Below, in pieces: positions 29,662 through 39,635 of a stretch of 64,000 nucleotides of DNA. The position numbers were made by a program, and so were the translations under genes. The notes beneath the pieces are model-generated. The model was given only the letters and a program-made list of their open reading frames with translations. It was not told the DNA's origin and did no database searches. The stretch covers positions 91,743-155,742 of the forward strand of contig JBFIML010000001.1 in NCBI GenBank assembly GCA_041611735.1. The letters run 5' to 3'. Numbering within the stretch: position 1 is the first letter of the stretch; every line of letters begins with the position of its first letter. Source of the stretch: Myxococcota bacterium. GTDB taxonomy: Bacteria > Myxococcota_A > UBA9160 > PR03.

Positions 29662-31347
29662 ATGGCCCACCGCAAGCGACCCCTGCCGCGGCCCCGCAGC
29701 CGCGCCGTGACCGAGGGCCCGGCGCGGGCCCCGGCCCGGGCGTATCTGCGCGCCGTCGGTTTCGGTGAGGAGGACTTCGACAAGCCCCAGGTGGGGATCG
29801 CCGCTGCTGCCAACGAGGTGACGCCCTGCAACCTGGGACTCGCCGAGCAGGCAGACGCCGCCAAGGAGGGCGTGCGCGAGGCCGGCGCGGTGGGACTGCG
29901 CTTCGACACGATCGCCGTCTCCGACGGGATCGCCATGGGCCACGAGGGCATGCACGCCTCGCTCGTCTCGCGGGAGGTGATCGCCGATTCCGTCGAGCTG
30001 GTGATGCACGCGGAGCGCTTCGATGCGCTGGTGACCCTGGCGGGGTGCGACAAGAGCCTCCCGGGCATGCTGATGGCCGCCGCGCGCCTGGACCTCCCGT
30101 CGGTCTTCCTCTACGGCGGCACGATCCTGCCCGGCTGCTTCCGGGGCCGCGACGTGAACATCCAGGACGTCTTCGAGGCGGTGGGCGCCCACGCCGCCGG
30201 CCAGATGAGCGACGCGGACCTGCTGGAGCTCGAGCGCGCCGCCTGCCCGAGCACGGGCTCGTGCGCGGGCATGTTCACCGCCAACACCATGGCGGCGGCC
30301 AGCGAGGCCCTCGGCATGGCGCTGCCCGGCTCGGCCTCGGTGCCCTCGCCCGACCCGCGCCGTCACGCCATTGCCCGCGCCACGGGCCGGGCGGTGGTGG
30401 AGGCCCTGGAGCGCGAGCTCAGCCCGCGCCGCATCCTCACCAAGCCGGCCTTCGAGAACGCCATCGCCGTGGTCATGGCCCTGGGCGGCTCCACCAACGC
30501 GGTGCTGCACCTGCTGGCCATCGCCCACGAGGCGGGCCTGGACCTCGGCCTCGACGACTTCGACCGCGTGAGCCGGCGTACGCCGCAGCTTTGCGACCTC
30601 AAGCCCTTCGGCCGCTACGTGATGGTCGACCTGGACCGGATCGGCGGCGTGCCCGTGGTGATGCGCGAGCTGCTGGACCGCGACCGCCTGCACGGCGACG
30701 CCCTGACCGTGACGGGCCGCAGCCTGGCCGAGAACCTGGCGTCGGTGCGCTTTCCGACCGACCAGGACGTGGTGCACCCGGTCGATGCGCCCCTCATGAA
30801 GGAGGGCGGCATGATCGTGCTGCGCGGCACGCTCGCCCCGCACGGCGCCGTCATGAAGACCGCCGGCGGAAACCTGCGCCGGCTGGACGGTCCGGCCCGG
30901 GTCTTCGACGGCGAGCAGGCCGCCTTCGAGGCGGTCACCCACGGCCGCCTCCAGGCCGGCTCCGTGATCGTGATCCGCAACGAGGGGCCCCGCGGCGGGC
31001 CCGGCATGCGCGAGATGCTGGCGGTGACCGCCGCCGTGAAGGGCACCGGTTTGGGCAGCGACGTGGCGCTGGTGACCGATGGCCGCTTCTCCGGCGCCAC
31101 CCACGGCTTCATGATCGCCCACGTGGCGCCCGAGGCGGTGGAGGGAGGTCCGATCGCCTTCGTGCGCGACGGCGACCGCATCGTGATCGACCCGGAGCGC
31201 CGGGTGCTCGACGTGGACGTGCCGGAGGCGGAGCTCGCAAAGCGGCGTCAGGGCTGGCAGCCGCCGGCCCCGAAGTACGTGCGCGGTGCCATGGCCAAGT
31301 ACGCCCGCCTCGTGGGGAGCGCATCCCGCGGCGCGGTCTGCGACTAG
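29662..31347 (+). CDS. ilvD: Dihydroxy-acid dehydratase
   Basis: [53 protein letters not shown]. Confidence 0.95.
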   Translation: MAHRKRPLPRPRSRAVTEGPARAPARAYLRAVGFGEEDFDKPQVGIAAAANEVTPCNLGLAEQADAAKEGVREAGAVGLRFDTIAVSDGIAMGHEGMHASLVSREVIADSVELVMHAERFDALVTLAGCDKSLPGMLMAAARLDLPSVFLYGGTILPGCFRGRDVNIQDVFEAVGAHAAGQMSDADLLELERAACPSTGSCAGMFTANTMAAASEALGMALPGSASVPSPDPRRHAIARATGRAVVEALERELSPRRILTKPAFENAIAVVMALGGSTNAVLHLLAIAHEAGLDLGLDDFDRVSRRTPQLCDLKPFGRYVMVDLDRIGGVPVVMRELLDRDRLHGDALTVTGRSLAENLASVRFPTDQDVVHPVDAPLMKEGGMIVLRGTLAPHGAVMKTAGGNLRRLDGPARVFDGEQAAFEAVTHGRLQAGSVIVIRNEGPRGGPGMREMLAVTAAVKGTGLGSDVALVTDGRFSGATHGFMIAHVAPEAVEGGPIAFVRDGDRIVIDPERRVLDVDVPEAELAKRRQGWQPPAPKYVRGAMAKYARLVGSASRGAVCD

Positions 31348-31357
31348 CAGGCGTCGC

Positions 31358-32881
31358 GTGGAGCTTCCGGTCGCGGCCGTCGCGGTCCGGGAGGTGCCGG
31401 CCCCGCCCTCCTGGGAGGCGCTGCGCCAGGGCCTGGCCCGGGCGCCCGGCGCCTGGCTGCTGGAGAGCACGCTTCCCTCTCCGCGCCTGGGCCGTTTCTC
31501 CTTCGCTGGCGCTCGGCCCTACGCCTGGCTGCGTGGCGTCGGGACGCGGCTGCACCTGGAGCCCCTGCGCCCGGTGCGGCCGGACCTCCCGGCGCGTCCC
31601 ACGACCTGGCCGGGGGATCCGTTCCAGGCGCTGGCCGCGCTGCGGCCGGCGGCCGTCGAGGCGGGGCCTGCCGCCGCGGCGCTTCCCTTCGTGGGCGGCG
31701 CCGTGGGCTGGCTCGGCTACGAGCTCGCCGCCCGCATCGAACGCGTCGACTTCCCGGGGCTCGACGACCTGGGCCTGCCGGACCTGGCGTGGGCACTGGT
31801 GGATCGCGTGCTGGTCCGTGAGATGCAGAGCGGGCGTCTGTGGGCCTGCGCGCTGGGCTTCGGGATGGACGCCCGGGGCGCACGCCCGATCGCCGAGCGC
31901 GCTGCCGAGGCCCTGGCCGAGGACGTGGCGCGCGGCCGCCCGGAGCGGCTCGGCCTGGGTTGCGAACCGGAGGCGCCCCCTCGACCCCGCGAAGGGAGAC
32001 GTCCCGCACGCAGCGCGGCGCCGCTCCGCCTGCGCGATGCTCCGACGGGCCTCGTGCTCGGCGCCTTCTTCGACGCCGAAGGCTACGCCAAGGCGGTGCA
32101 CCACCTCCTGGAACGCATCGAGGCCGGCGACGTCTACCAGGCCAACCTGACCCACCGGCTCGAGGCGGCCTTCGAGGGCGATCCCTGGCGCCTCTACGAG
32201 AACCTGGCGCGCCGCAACCCGGCCCCCTTCGCCGCCTACCTGGTGCTTCCGGAGCTGACCCTGGTCGGGAGCTCGCCCGAACGCTTCCTTCACCTCCAGC
32301 CCGACGGCCGCGTGGAGAGCCGCCCCATCAAGGGGACCCGCCCGCGTGGCGCCAGCTCCGCCGAGGACGCCGTGCTGCGCCGCGCCCTCGCCGCCTCCGG
32401 GAAGGACCAGGCCGAGAACCTGATGATCGTGGACCTCGTGCGCAACGACCTCGGCCGGGTGTGCGAGATCGGGAGCGTGGCCGTGCCCGAGCTGATGGAG
32501 GTGGAGGAGTACGCCACGGTCTTCCAGCTGGTCTCCACGGTGACGGGCCGCCTGCGGCGCGATCGCGACGTGGCGGACCTCTTGCGTGCAGCGTTCCCAC
32601 CGGGCTCCATGACCGGCGCCCCCAAGATCGCGGCCATGCAGATCCTCTCCCGTCTCGAGCCGGTGCGGCGCGGTGTCTACGCGGGCGCCCTGGGCTGGCT
32701 CGACGCCCGGGGCAGCGCCGACCTCTGCGTCGTGATCCGCACCGCCCTGGTGCGGGACGAGGTCGCCTACCTGCACGTGGGCGGGGCGGTGGTGGCGGAC
32801 TCGGATCCCCTGGGCGAGTGGCAGGAGTCGCTGGACAAGGCGCGCGCCCTGCTGGACGCCCTGGCCGTGACGAGGGGTTAG
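31358..32881 (+). CDS. pabB: Aminodeoxychorismate synthase component I (TrpE/PabB family)
   Basis: GDVYQANL, SSPERF, PIKGTRPR, AENLMIVDLVRNDL, FPPGSMTGAPK; PIKGT favours PabB over TrpE. Confidence 0.8.
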   Translation: MELPVAAVAVREVPAPPSWEALRQGLARAPGAWLLESTLPSPRLGRFSFAGARPYAWLRGVGTRLHLEPLRPVRPDLPARPTTWPGDPFQALAALRPAAVEAGPAAAALPFVGGAVGWLGYELAARIERVDFPGLDDLGLPDLAWALVDRVLVREMQSGRLWACALGFGMDARGARPIAERAAEALAEDVARGRPERLGLGCEPEAPPRPREGRRPARSAAPLRLRDAPTGLVLGAFFDAEGYAKAVHHLLERIEAGDVYQANLTHRLEAAFEGDPWRLYENLARRNPAPFAAYLVLPELTLVGSSPERFLHLQPDGRVESRPIKGTRPRGASSAEDAVLRRALAASGKDQAENLMIVDLVRNDLGRVCEIGSVAVPELMEVEEYATVFQLVSTVTGRLRRDRDVADLLRAAFPPGSMTGAPKIAAMQILSRLEPVRRGVYAGALGWLDARGSADLCVVIRTALVRDEVAYLHVGGAVVADSDPLGEWQESLDKARALLDALAVTRG

Positions 32882-32968
32882 GGGGCCAGACGAGGTGAAG
32901 GAACCGCTTCGCGCCGCGGGACTCGACCGTCTGGGCGTGGCGTCCGCCGGCGACCGCCACTGGATCGC

Positions 32969-33358
32969 GTGGGGCCGACGCTGACCGGGGCGCTGGCCGA
33001 CCTGGTCGTGCTGCTGCACGCGGCCTTCATCGTCTTCGCCGTGGCGGGTGGGCTCCTGGTCCTGCGCCGGCCGAGGCTGGCGTGGCTGCACCTTCCGGCT
33101 GCCGCCTGGGCGGCAGCGGTGGAGCTGGCGGGCTGGATCTGTCCCCTGACCCCCCTCGAGAACGCCCTGCGCCGCGCCGCTGGCGGTCCCGGCTACCCGA
33201 CGGACTTCATCGAGCACTACGTGATGCCCCTGGTCTACCCGGCGGGCCTGACCCGCGGCACCCAGCTCGTGCTCGGTCTCCTGGTGGTGGCGGTGAACGG
33301 CGCCGTCTACGCCTGGCTCTGGCGGCGCCGGGCGCGGGCCGGCAGGGCCGCGTGGTAG
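32969..33358 (+). CDS. DUF2784 membrane protein
   Basis: LADLVVLLH, WLHLPA, WICPLTPLEN, FIEHY. Confidence 0.85.
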   Translation: MGPTLTGALADLVVLLHAAFIVFAVAGGLLVLRRPRLAWLHLPAAAWAAAVELAGWICPLTPLENALRRAAGGPGYPTDFIEHYVMPLVYPAGLTRGTQLVLGLLVVAVNGAVYAWLWRRRARAGRAAW

Positions 33359-33394
33359 GGTCCCACCCGGCGCCCGAACTCCGGGGAGACGGCC

Positions 33395-33763
33395 ATGCGC
33401 CCCTTGGTTCTCGTCACCGGATCGATCCTGGTCGGGCTCGGTCTCGTCGCCCTGGTGCGGCCCGCCTCGCTCTCGCGCTGGCTGGCATCCTGGCAGCAGG
33501 ACCGCGCGCTGCGGGCCGCCCTAGCGCTGCGCTTCGGGGTGGGCGCCCTGCTGGTGGCGGCGGCGCCCCAGTGCCGGGCTCCCCAGGTGGTGCTGGCCCT
33601 CGGCCTGCTCGTGCTGCTCTCGGGCCTGGTCGGCGTCTTGCTGGGGGCCGCGCGGCTGCGGGCCCTGGCCCGCTGGTGGAGCAAGCGGCCCGCCGCCGTG
33701 GTGCGGCTGTGGGCGGCGAGCGTGGTGGGCCTCGGCGCCTTCTTCGTGTACGCCGGCACGTGA
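33395..33763 (+). CDS. Hypothetical membrane protein
   Basis: Four hydrophobic segments; GGAG RBS. Confidence 0.65.
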   Translation: MRPLVLVTGSILVGLGLVALVRPASLSRWLASWQQDRALRAALALRFGVGALLVAAAPQCRAPQVVLALGLLVLLSGLVGVLLGAARLRALARWWSKRPAAVVRLWAASVVGLGAFFVYAGT

Positions 33764-33788
33764 GAGCGACGACGCGAGGGAGCGACGC

Positions 33789-34682
33789 GTGCGACCGCTG
33801 AGCCGGGCCTTCCTGTGGGTGCTCGTGGCCTACGCGAGCGCCCTGGCCGTGGCGCTCGCCGTGGGTCGGGCCAGTGGCCTCGACCACCCCATCGCCGTGG
33901 CCGCCGCCGCGGACCTGGCCGCCACGCTCGTCGTCTTCGCCTTCAGCTACGCCTTCCGGAACTCGAGCTTCTACGACCCCTACTGGAGCGTGGCTCCCAT
34001 CGCGATCGTGGCCTACTGGGCGCTCGGCGCCCAGGCGCCCGGCTCGGACGCACGCCCGGTGCTGGTGCTCGCCCTGCTGGCGCTCTGGGGCCTGCGCCTC
34101 ACCGCCAACTGGGCGCGCGGCTGGCAGGGGCTCCACCACGAGGACTGGCGCTACCTGGATCTCCAGCAGCGGCACGGTCGTCGCTACTGGTGGGTCAGCC
34201 TGTTCGGCATCCACCTGGCGCCCACCGTTTGGGTGTTCCTGGGCTGTCTGCCCGCCTATGCGGCCGTGGCGGCGGGCGCGCGCCCCTGGGGCTGGCTCGA
34301 CGCGCTCGCGCTGCTCGTCACCGCGGGAGCCATCGCCCTCGAGGCTCTGGCCGACGCGCAGCTCCGCGCCTTCCGGCGCGCAACGCCCCGCTCCGACGCG
34401 CTGCTCGACACGGGCCTGTGGGCGTGGTCGCGCCATCCCAACTACCTGGGCGAGATGGGCTTCTGGTGGGGGCTCTGGCTCTTCGGTCTGGCCGCGGCTC
34501 CGGGCTGGTGGTGGACCGTGATCGGGCCCCTCGGGATCACCGGCATGTTCCGCTGGGCGAGCCTGCCCATGATCGAGGAGCGCATGCGCGCGCGGCGCCC
34601 GGGCTTCGCGGCCTACGCGGCGCGCACGCCGCGGGTGATCCCGCGGCCTCCGCGCCGCCGTGCGCCCCCCGCCTCCTGCTAG
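33789..34682 (+). CDS. DUF1295 (steroid 5-alpha-reductase-like) membrane protein
   Basis: NSSFYDPYWS, WGLRLT, EDWRY, ADAQL, GLWAWSRHPNYLGE. Confidence 0.87.
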   Translation: MRPLSRAFLWVLVAYASALAVALAVGRASGLDHPIAVAAAADLAATLVVFAFSYAFRNSSFYDPYWSVAPIAIVAYWALGAQAPGSDARPVLVLALLALWGLRLTANWARGWQGLHHEDWRYLDLQQRHGRRYWWVSLFGIHLAPTVWVFLGCLPAYAAVAAGARPWGWLDALALLVTAGAIALEALADAQLRAFRRATPRSDALLDTGLWAWSRHPNYLGEMGFWWGLWLFGLAAAPGWWWTVIGPLGITGMFRWASLPMIEERMRARRPGFAAYAARTPRVIPRPPRRRAPPASC

Positions 34683-34714
34683 GGTCGGCCCGGGGTCCAG
34701 ACGCCGCCTGCACG

Positions 34715-34843
34715 GAAGGGCTCCACGAGTGGCCCTTCGACGCCTCGACGCGGCTGCGCTTCGCCCTCCACCTGCTCATCCCCATCGGCTCGTGGATCGG
34801 CGGCGCCCTGGTGGAGCGCGGCGTCGGGGCGCTGCTCGACTGA
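34715..34843 (+). pseudogene. Orphan 3' remnant of a membrane-protein gene
   Basis: EWPFDASTRLRFALHLLIPIGSWIGGALVER followed by a stop; protein-like C-terminal TM helix with no start or RBS. Confidence 0.45.
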
Positions 34844-34903
34844 GCGCGGCCCGGCGCCCCCGGCGCGTCGGTGATAGGCTGTCCGCTTCGAGGAGGAGAC
34901 CCC

Positions 34904-35728
34904 ATGGCGGCGGAAGCACACGCGTTGCAAGGCCGGACCGCGGTCGTGACCGGGGCATCGAGCGGCATCGGGGCAGCCATCGCCGAGCGCTTCGCTGCCG
35001 AGGGGGCCCACGTCTTCCTGGCGGGCCGCACCCGGGCCCGCATGGAGGAGACGGCCAAGCGCATCCGGGAGCGCGGCGGGCAGGCGACGGTGGTCGCCCT
35101 CGACGTGCGCGACGTGCGGCAGGTCCAGGAGCTGGTGGAGCAGGCCGTGCACGACACCGGGCGCCTCGACATCATGGTGAACAACGCGGGGCTCTCCCAT
35201 CCCCAGAGCATCGTGGACGGGGAGCCGGAGCAGTGGCGCGAGATGCTCGAGGTGAACGTGCTGGCGCTCCTGGCAGGCTGCCAGGCGGCGATCCGCGCCA
35301 TGCGCCGGGGCAGCAGCCCGGGGCACCTGGTGAACGTCTCCTCCATCGCCGGCGCCAGCGAGGCGCGCGGCGTCTACGGCGCCACCAAGGCAGCGGTGGA
35401 CAGCATCGCCACCCAGCTCCGCAAGGAGCTGGAGGAGGATCCGATCCGCGTGGTGAACGTGCGGCCCGGCGCCGTGGCCACGAGCTTCGGGCGCCACTAC
35501 GATCCGGCGCTGGTGCAAGGCGTGGCGAAGTCCATGGGCATCGAGGCGCAGGTGGAGCCCGGCGCCCACTGGCCCGATGCCCTGGTGCAGGAGCTCGAAC
35601 GGAAGGTGCAACCGCAGTTCCTCTCGGCGGACGACGTGGCGCGCGCCGTGCTTTTTGCGGTGACGCAGCCGCCCCACGTGAACGTCTTCGACGTGGTGGT
35701 GCGCCCGCAAAAGGCGCTCAGCATCTAG
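34904..35728 (+). CDS. SDR family oxidoreductase
   Basis: TGASSGIG, NNAG, YGATK; AGGAGG RBS. Confidence 0.9.
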   Translation: MAAEAHALQGRTAVVTGASSGIGAAIAERFAAEGAHVFLAGRTRARMEETAKRIRERGGQATVVALDVRDVRQVQELVEQAVHDTGRLDIMVNNAGLSHPQSIVDGEPEQWREMLEVNVLALLAGCQAAIRAMRRGSSPGHLVNVSSIAGASEARGVYGATKAAVDSIATQLRKELEEDPIRVVNVRPGAVATSFGRHYDPALVQGVAKSMGIEAQVEPGAHWPDALVQELERKVQPQFLSADDVARAVLFAVTQPPHVNVFDVVVRPQKALSI

Positions 35729-35737
35729 GGGCCGCAC

Positions 35738-36880
<1,143 letters not shown>

Positions 36881-36888
36881 AGCGCGGC

Positions 36889-38403
36889 TCAGCTCACCGC
36901 GAAGAGCGGCGGGCGGCGGCCGGCCCAGGGCTGGGCGCGCTCGAGCTGGGCCGCCAGGCGCAGGAGCGTGGCCTCGTCGCCGAAGCGCCCCACGAAGTGG
37001 CTCCCGATCGGGAGCCCGGCCTCGTTCCAGTGCAGGGGCACCGACATGGCCGGTTGGCCCGTCACGTTCGCGACCGGCGTGAAGGGCACGTAGCGGCGCA
37101 GGCGGGCGCGCATGGTCTCGAAGTCCACGTCCTGGGGCAGGCCGCCCGTGACGACGGGCGGCGCGCCCAGCACCGGGGTCAGGAAGACCTCGTACCGGGT
37201 CAGGAAGCGGGCCATCGTGTAGGTGCTCTGCTGGAGCACCGTCCAGGCCACGGCCAGGTCGCCCGGCGTGTGCCGCGCGTCGTGCTCCGCAAGCTGCCAC
37301 GTGAAGGGCTCGAAGCGGTCCCGCTCCGGCGGGTGACCGAGCATGCGGGTGGCGTTCTTCACCACCTCGGCCGCGTACTGGCTCCACAGCAGCAGGAAGG
37401 CATCGTCGAACGCCTCGCCCGGGATCTTCGGCCGGGCCTCCTCCACCCGGTGGCCGAGTCCCTCGCAGATCTTCGCCGTGGCGTGCACCGCCGCGACACA
37501 GTCCGGGTGCACCGGCTGCCCCGTGAAGTCCTCGGTGGTGAAGGCGATGCGAAGCCGGCCCGGCGCGAGACGAACCTCCTGGGCATAGGGTCGCGCGGGC
37601 GGTGGCGCCCACCAGCGATCCCCTGCCACGGGGCCGCGCGTGGCGTCGAGGAGCGCGGCGCTGTCGCGTACCGAACGGCTCACGCAGTGCCGCACGGGAA
37701 GCCCCTGGGCGTCCGAGTCCGGCCACTGCGGATTGCGCCCGCGGCTCGGCTTGAGGCCGAAGACGCCGCAGGCTGCGGCCGGGATCCGGATCGAGCCCCC
37801 GCCGTCGCTGGCCTGGGCGATGGGCACGAGCCCCGCCGCCACGGCGGCCGCGGCTCCCCCGCTCGAGCCCCCGGGCGAGTGGTCCAGGCTCCAGGGATTG
37901 CGCGTCGGACCGTGCAGCACCGGCTCGGTGGTGGGGAGGAGTCCGAACTCCGGGCTGCTGCTCACGCCCACGAGGACGAGGCCCGCGGCCTCCATGCGGC
38001 GCGTCACCTCGGCCGTGTGGGTCGCCACGTGATCCTTGAAGAAGACGGAGCCGTAGGTGATGCGCACGCCTTCCACCGGGAGGAGGTCTTTCAGGAGGGT
38101 GGGGACGCCGGTGAAGGGGCCGTCGCCGACGGGGCGTCGGGCCCGCTCGCGGGCACGCTCGTAGAGGGGCGTCACCACGGCGTGGAGCTTCGAGTTGGTG
38201 GCCTCGATGCGGGCGATGGCCGCCTCGATCAGCTCGATGGGCTTGAGCTGCTTGCGCCGCACCAGCTCGGCCTGGGCCGTCGCGTCGAGGGCGGCCAGCT
38301 CGTCCGCCACCCCGGAGGCCCGAGCGAAGCCTGCGCCGGTGGCCGCCACGGCCAGGGCGCCGGCCGAGGCCTTCAGGAACTCGCGTCGATCCAGGGGGGA
38401 CAT
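36889..38403 (-). CDS. Tat-exported amidase-signature enzyme
   Basis: DRREFLK twin-arginine signal; GVPTLLKD, GGSSGG, SDGGGSIRIPA. Confidence 0.9.
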   Translation of the reverse strand: MSPLDRREFLKASAGALAVAATGAGFARASGVADELAALDATAQAELVRRKQLKPIELIEAAIARIEATNSKLHAVVTPLYERARERARRPVGDGPFTGVPTLLKDLLPVEGVRITYGSVFFKDHVATHTAEVTRRMEAAGLVLVGVSSSPEFGLLPTTEPVLHGPTRNPWSLDHSPGGSSGGAAAAVAAGLVPIAQASDGGGSIRIPAAACGVFGLKPSRGRNPQWPDSDAQGLPVRHCVSRSVRDSAALLDATRGPVAGDRWWAPPPARPYAQEVRLAPGRLRIAFTTEDFTGQPVHPDCVAAVHATAKICEGLGHRVEEARPKIPGEAFDDAFLLLWSQYAAEVVKNATRMLGHPPERDRFEPFTWQLAEHDARHTPGDLAVAWTVLQQSTYTMARFLTRYEVFLTPVLGAPPVVTGGLPQDVDFETMRARLRRYVPFTPVANVTGQPAMSVPLHWNEAGLPIGSHFVGRFGDEATLLRLAAQLERAQPWAGRRPPLFAVS

Positions 38404-38460
38404 CCGCAAACCTCCCCGCGTATCCTAGCCGCGTCGGCGCCCTGCCGCGGGAGGTCTGGA

Positions 38461-39174
38461 GTGGAAGGACGGGAGCGCGCTCTGGCGTCGGGTCTGGCGG
38501 CGCGCCTCGACGCCGGCATGCGGGCCCAGCTCGAGCGCCGCGCGGCGGAGCTGGCCGCGGGTGCGGAGCGCGTCGGCTGGAAGATCGGGCTCAACGACCC
38601 CGCCGCCCGGCGCCAGACCGGCCTCGACGGCCCGCTGGTGGGGACGCTGCTCGGGACGCGGGTGATCCCGGCCGGCGGCGTCTGCCCGCTCCGGCCCGGC
38701 GCCCGGAGCCACGTGGAGGCGGAGCTCGCGATCCGGGTGGGCCGCGACGTGGAAGCCGGCGAGTCGCCCGAGCGGGCCCGAGGGGCCATCGCCGCTCTGG
38801 CTCCGGCCATCGAGGTGGTGGACTACAGCCTGCCCGCGGACGGTCTCGAGGGGGTGCTCGCCCACAGCCTCTTCCACCAGGCGGTGCGGTTCGGGAACGA
38901 GGTCGTGGGCCTTTTCGCGCCGCCCGCCCCGCGCTGGCCCCGCGTGCTGCTCAACGGTCGCGCGGCGCGCACTCCCGAGCCGACCCTCGTCCCGCGCGAC
39001 CTCGGCGCCCTCGTGGCCCTGGTGGCCGACACGCTGGACCGCTACGGGGAGACCCTGCGGCGCGGCGACCGCATCCTCTCCGGGAGCTTCACGCGGCCGC
39101 TTCGGGTCGAGCCGGCCGACGCCGTGACGCTGAAGTTCGGTCCCCTGGGACGCGTCGACGTGGGCTTCGGGTGA
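38461..39174 (+). CDS. 2-keto-4-pentenoate hydratase-like (FAH superfamily), divergent
   Basis: GWKIGL, VEAELA, PAIEVVD, LRRGDRILSGS, FGPLGRV. Confidence 0.72.
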   Translation: MEGRERALASGLAARLDAGMRAQLERRAAELAAGAERVGWKIGLNDPAARRQTGLDGPLVGTLLGTRVIPAGGVCPLRPGARSHVEAELAIRVGRDVEAGESPERARGAIAALAPAIEVVDYSLPADGLEGVLAHSLFHQAVRFGNEVVGLFAPPAPRWPRVLLNGRAARTPEPTLVPRDLGALVALVADTLDRYGETLRRGDRILSGSFTRPLRVEPADAVTLKFGPLGRVDVGFG

Positions 39175-39635
39175 GCCCTCGCCCGGGCCCGCACGCGGAC
39201 ACCCGCGCCTGCGCGCGTCGTCACGTGCGCTTCGGCTGGTGGGCGCTGCTCGCCTTCCTCTCGCTGGGGATCGTCCTGGAGCTGCTGCATGGCTTCAAGG
39301 TGGGCTGGTACGTGGAGGTGGCCAGCGAGACGCGCCGTCATCTCTGGACCCTGGCCCACGCCCACGGAACGCTCCTCGCCCTGGTGAACGTCGTCTTCGG
39401 GCTCACGCTTCCGACGCTTCCGGCCTGGAGCGAGCGTCGACGCACGCTCGCGTCGCGCTCGCTCTTGCTCGCGAGCCTGCTGGTGCCGCTGGGCTTCCTG
39501 CTGGGCGGCCTCGTGGTGCACGGGGGCGATCCCGGCCTGGGCATCCTGCTGCTTCCGGTCGGAGCGCTGCTGCTCTTCGTGGCGGTGCTCGTGACGGCAC
39601 GCGGGCAGGGTCGCGACCGGGAGCCCCCGCCGTGA
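39171..39635 (+). CDS. Four-TM membrane protein with an LAHAHG motif
   Basis: Hydrophobic segments; GTGA overlaps on both sides. Confidence 0.72.
   Translation: MSPRPGPHADTRACARRHVRFGWWALLAFLSLGIVLELLHGFKVGWYVEVASETRRHLWTLAHAHGTLLALVNVVFGLTLPTLPAWSERRRTLASRSLLLASLLVPLGFLLGGLVVHGGDPGLGILLLPVGALLLFVAVLVTARGQGRDREPPP

Noticed and set aside
32882-32968. Possible small gene or RNA between pabB and DUF2784
   Set aside because: No convincing ORF, RBS or stable structure seen
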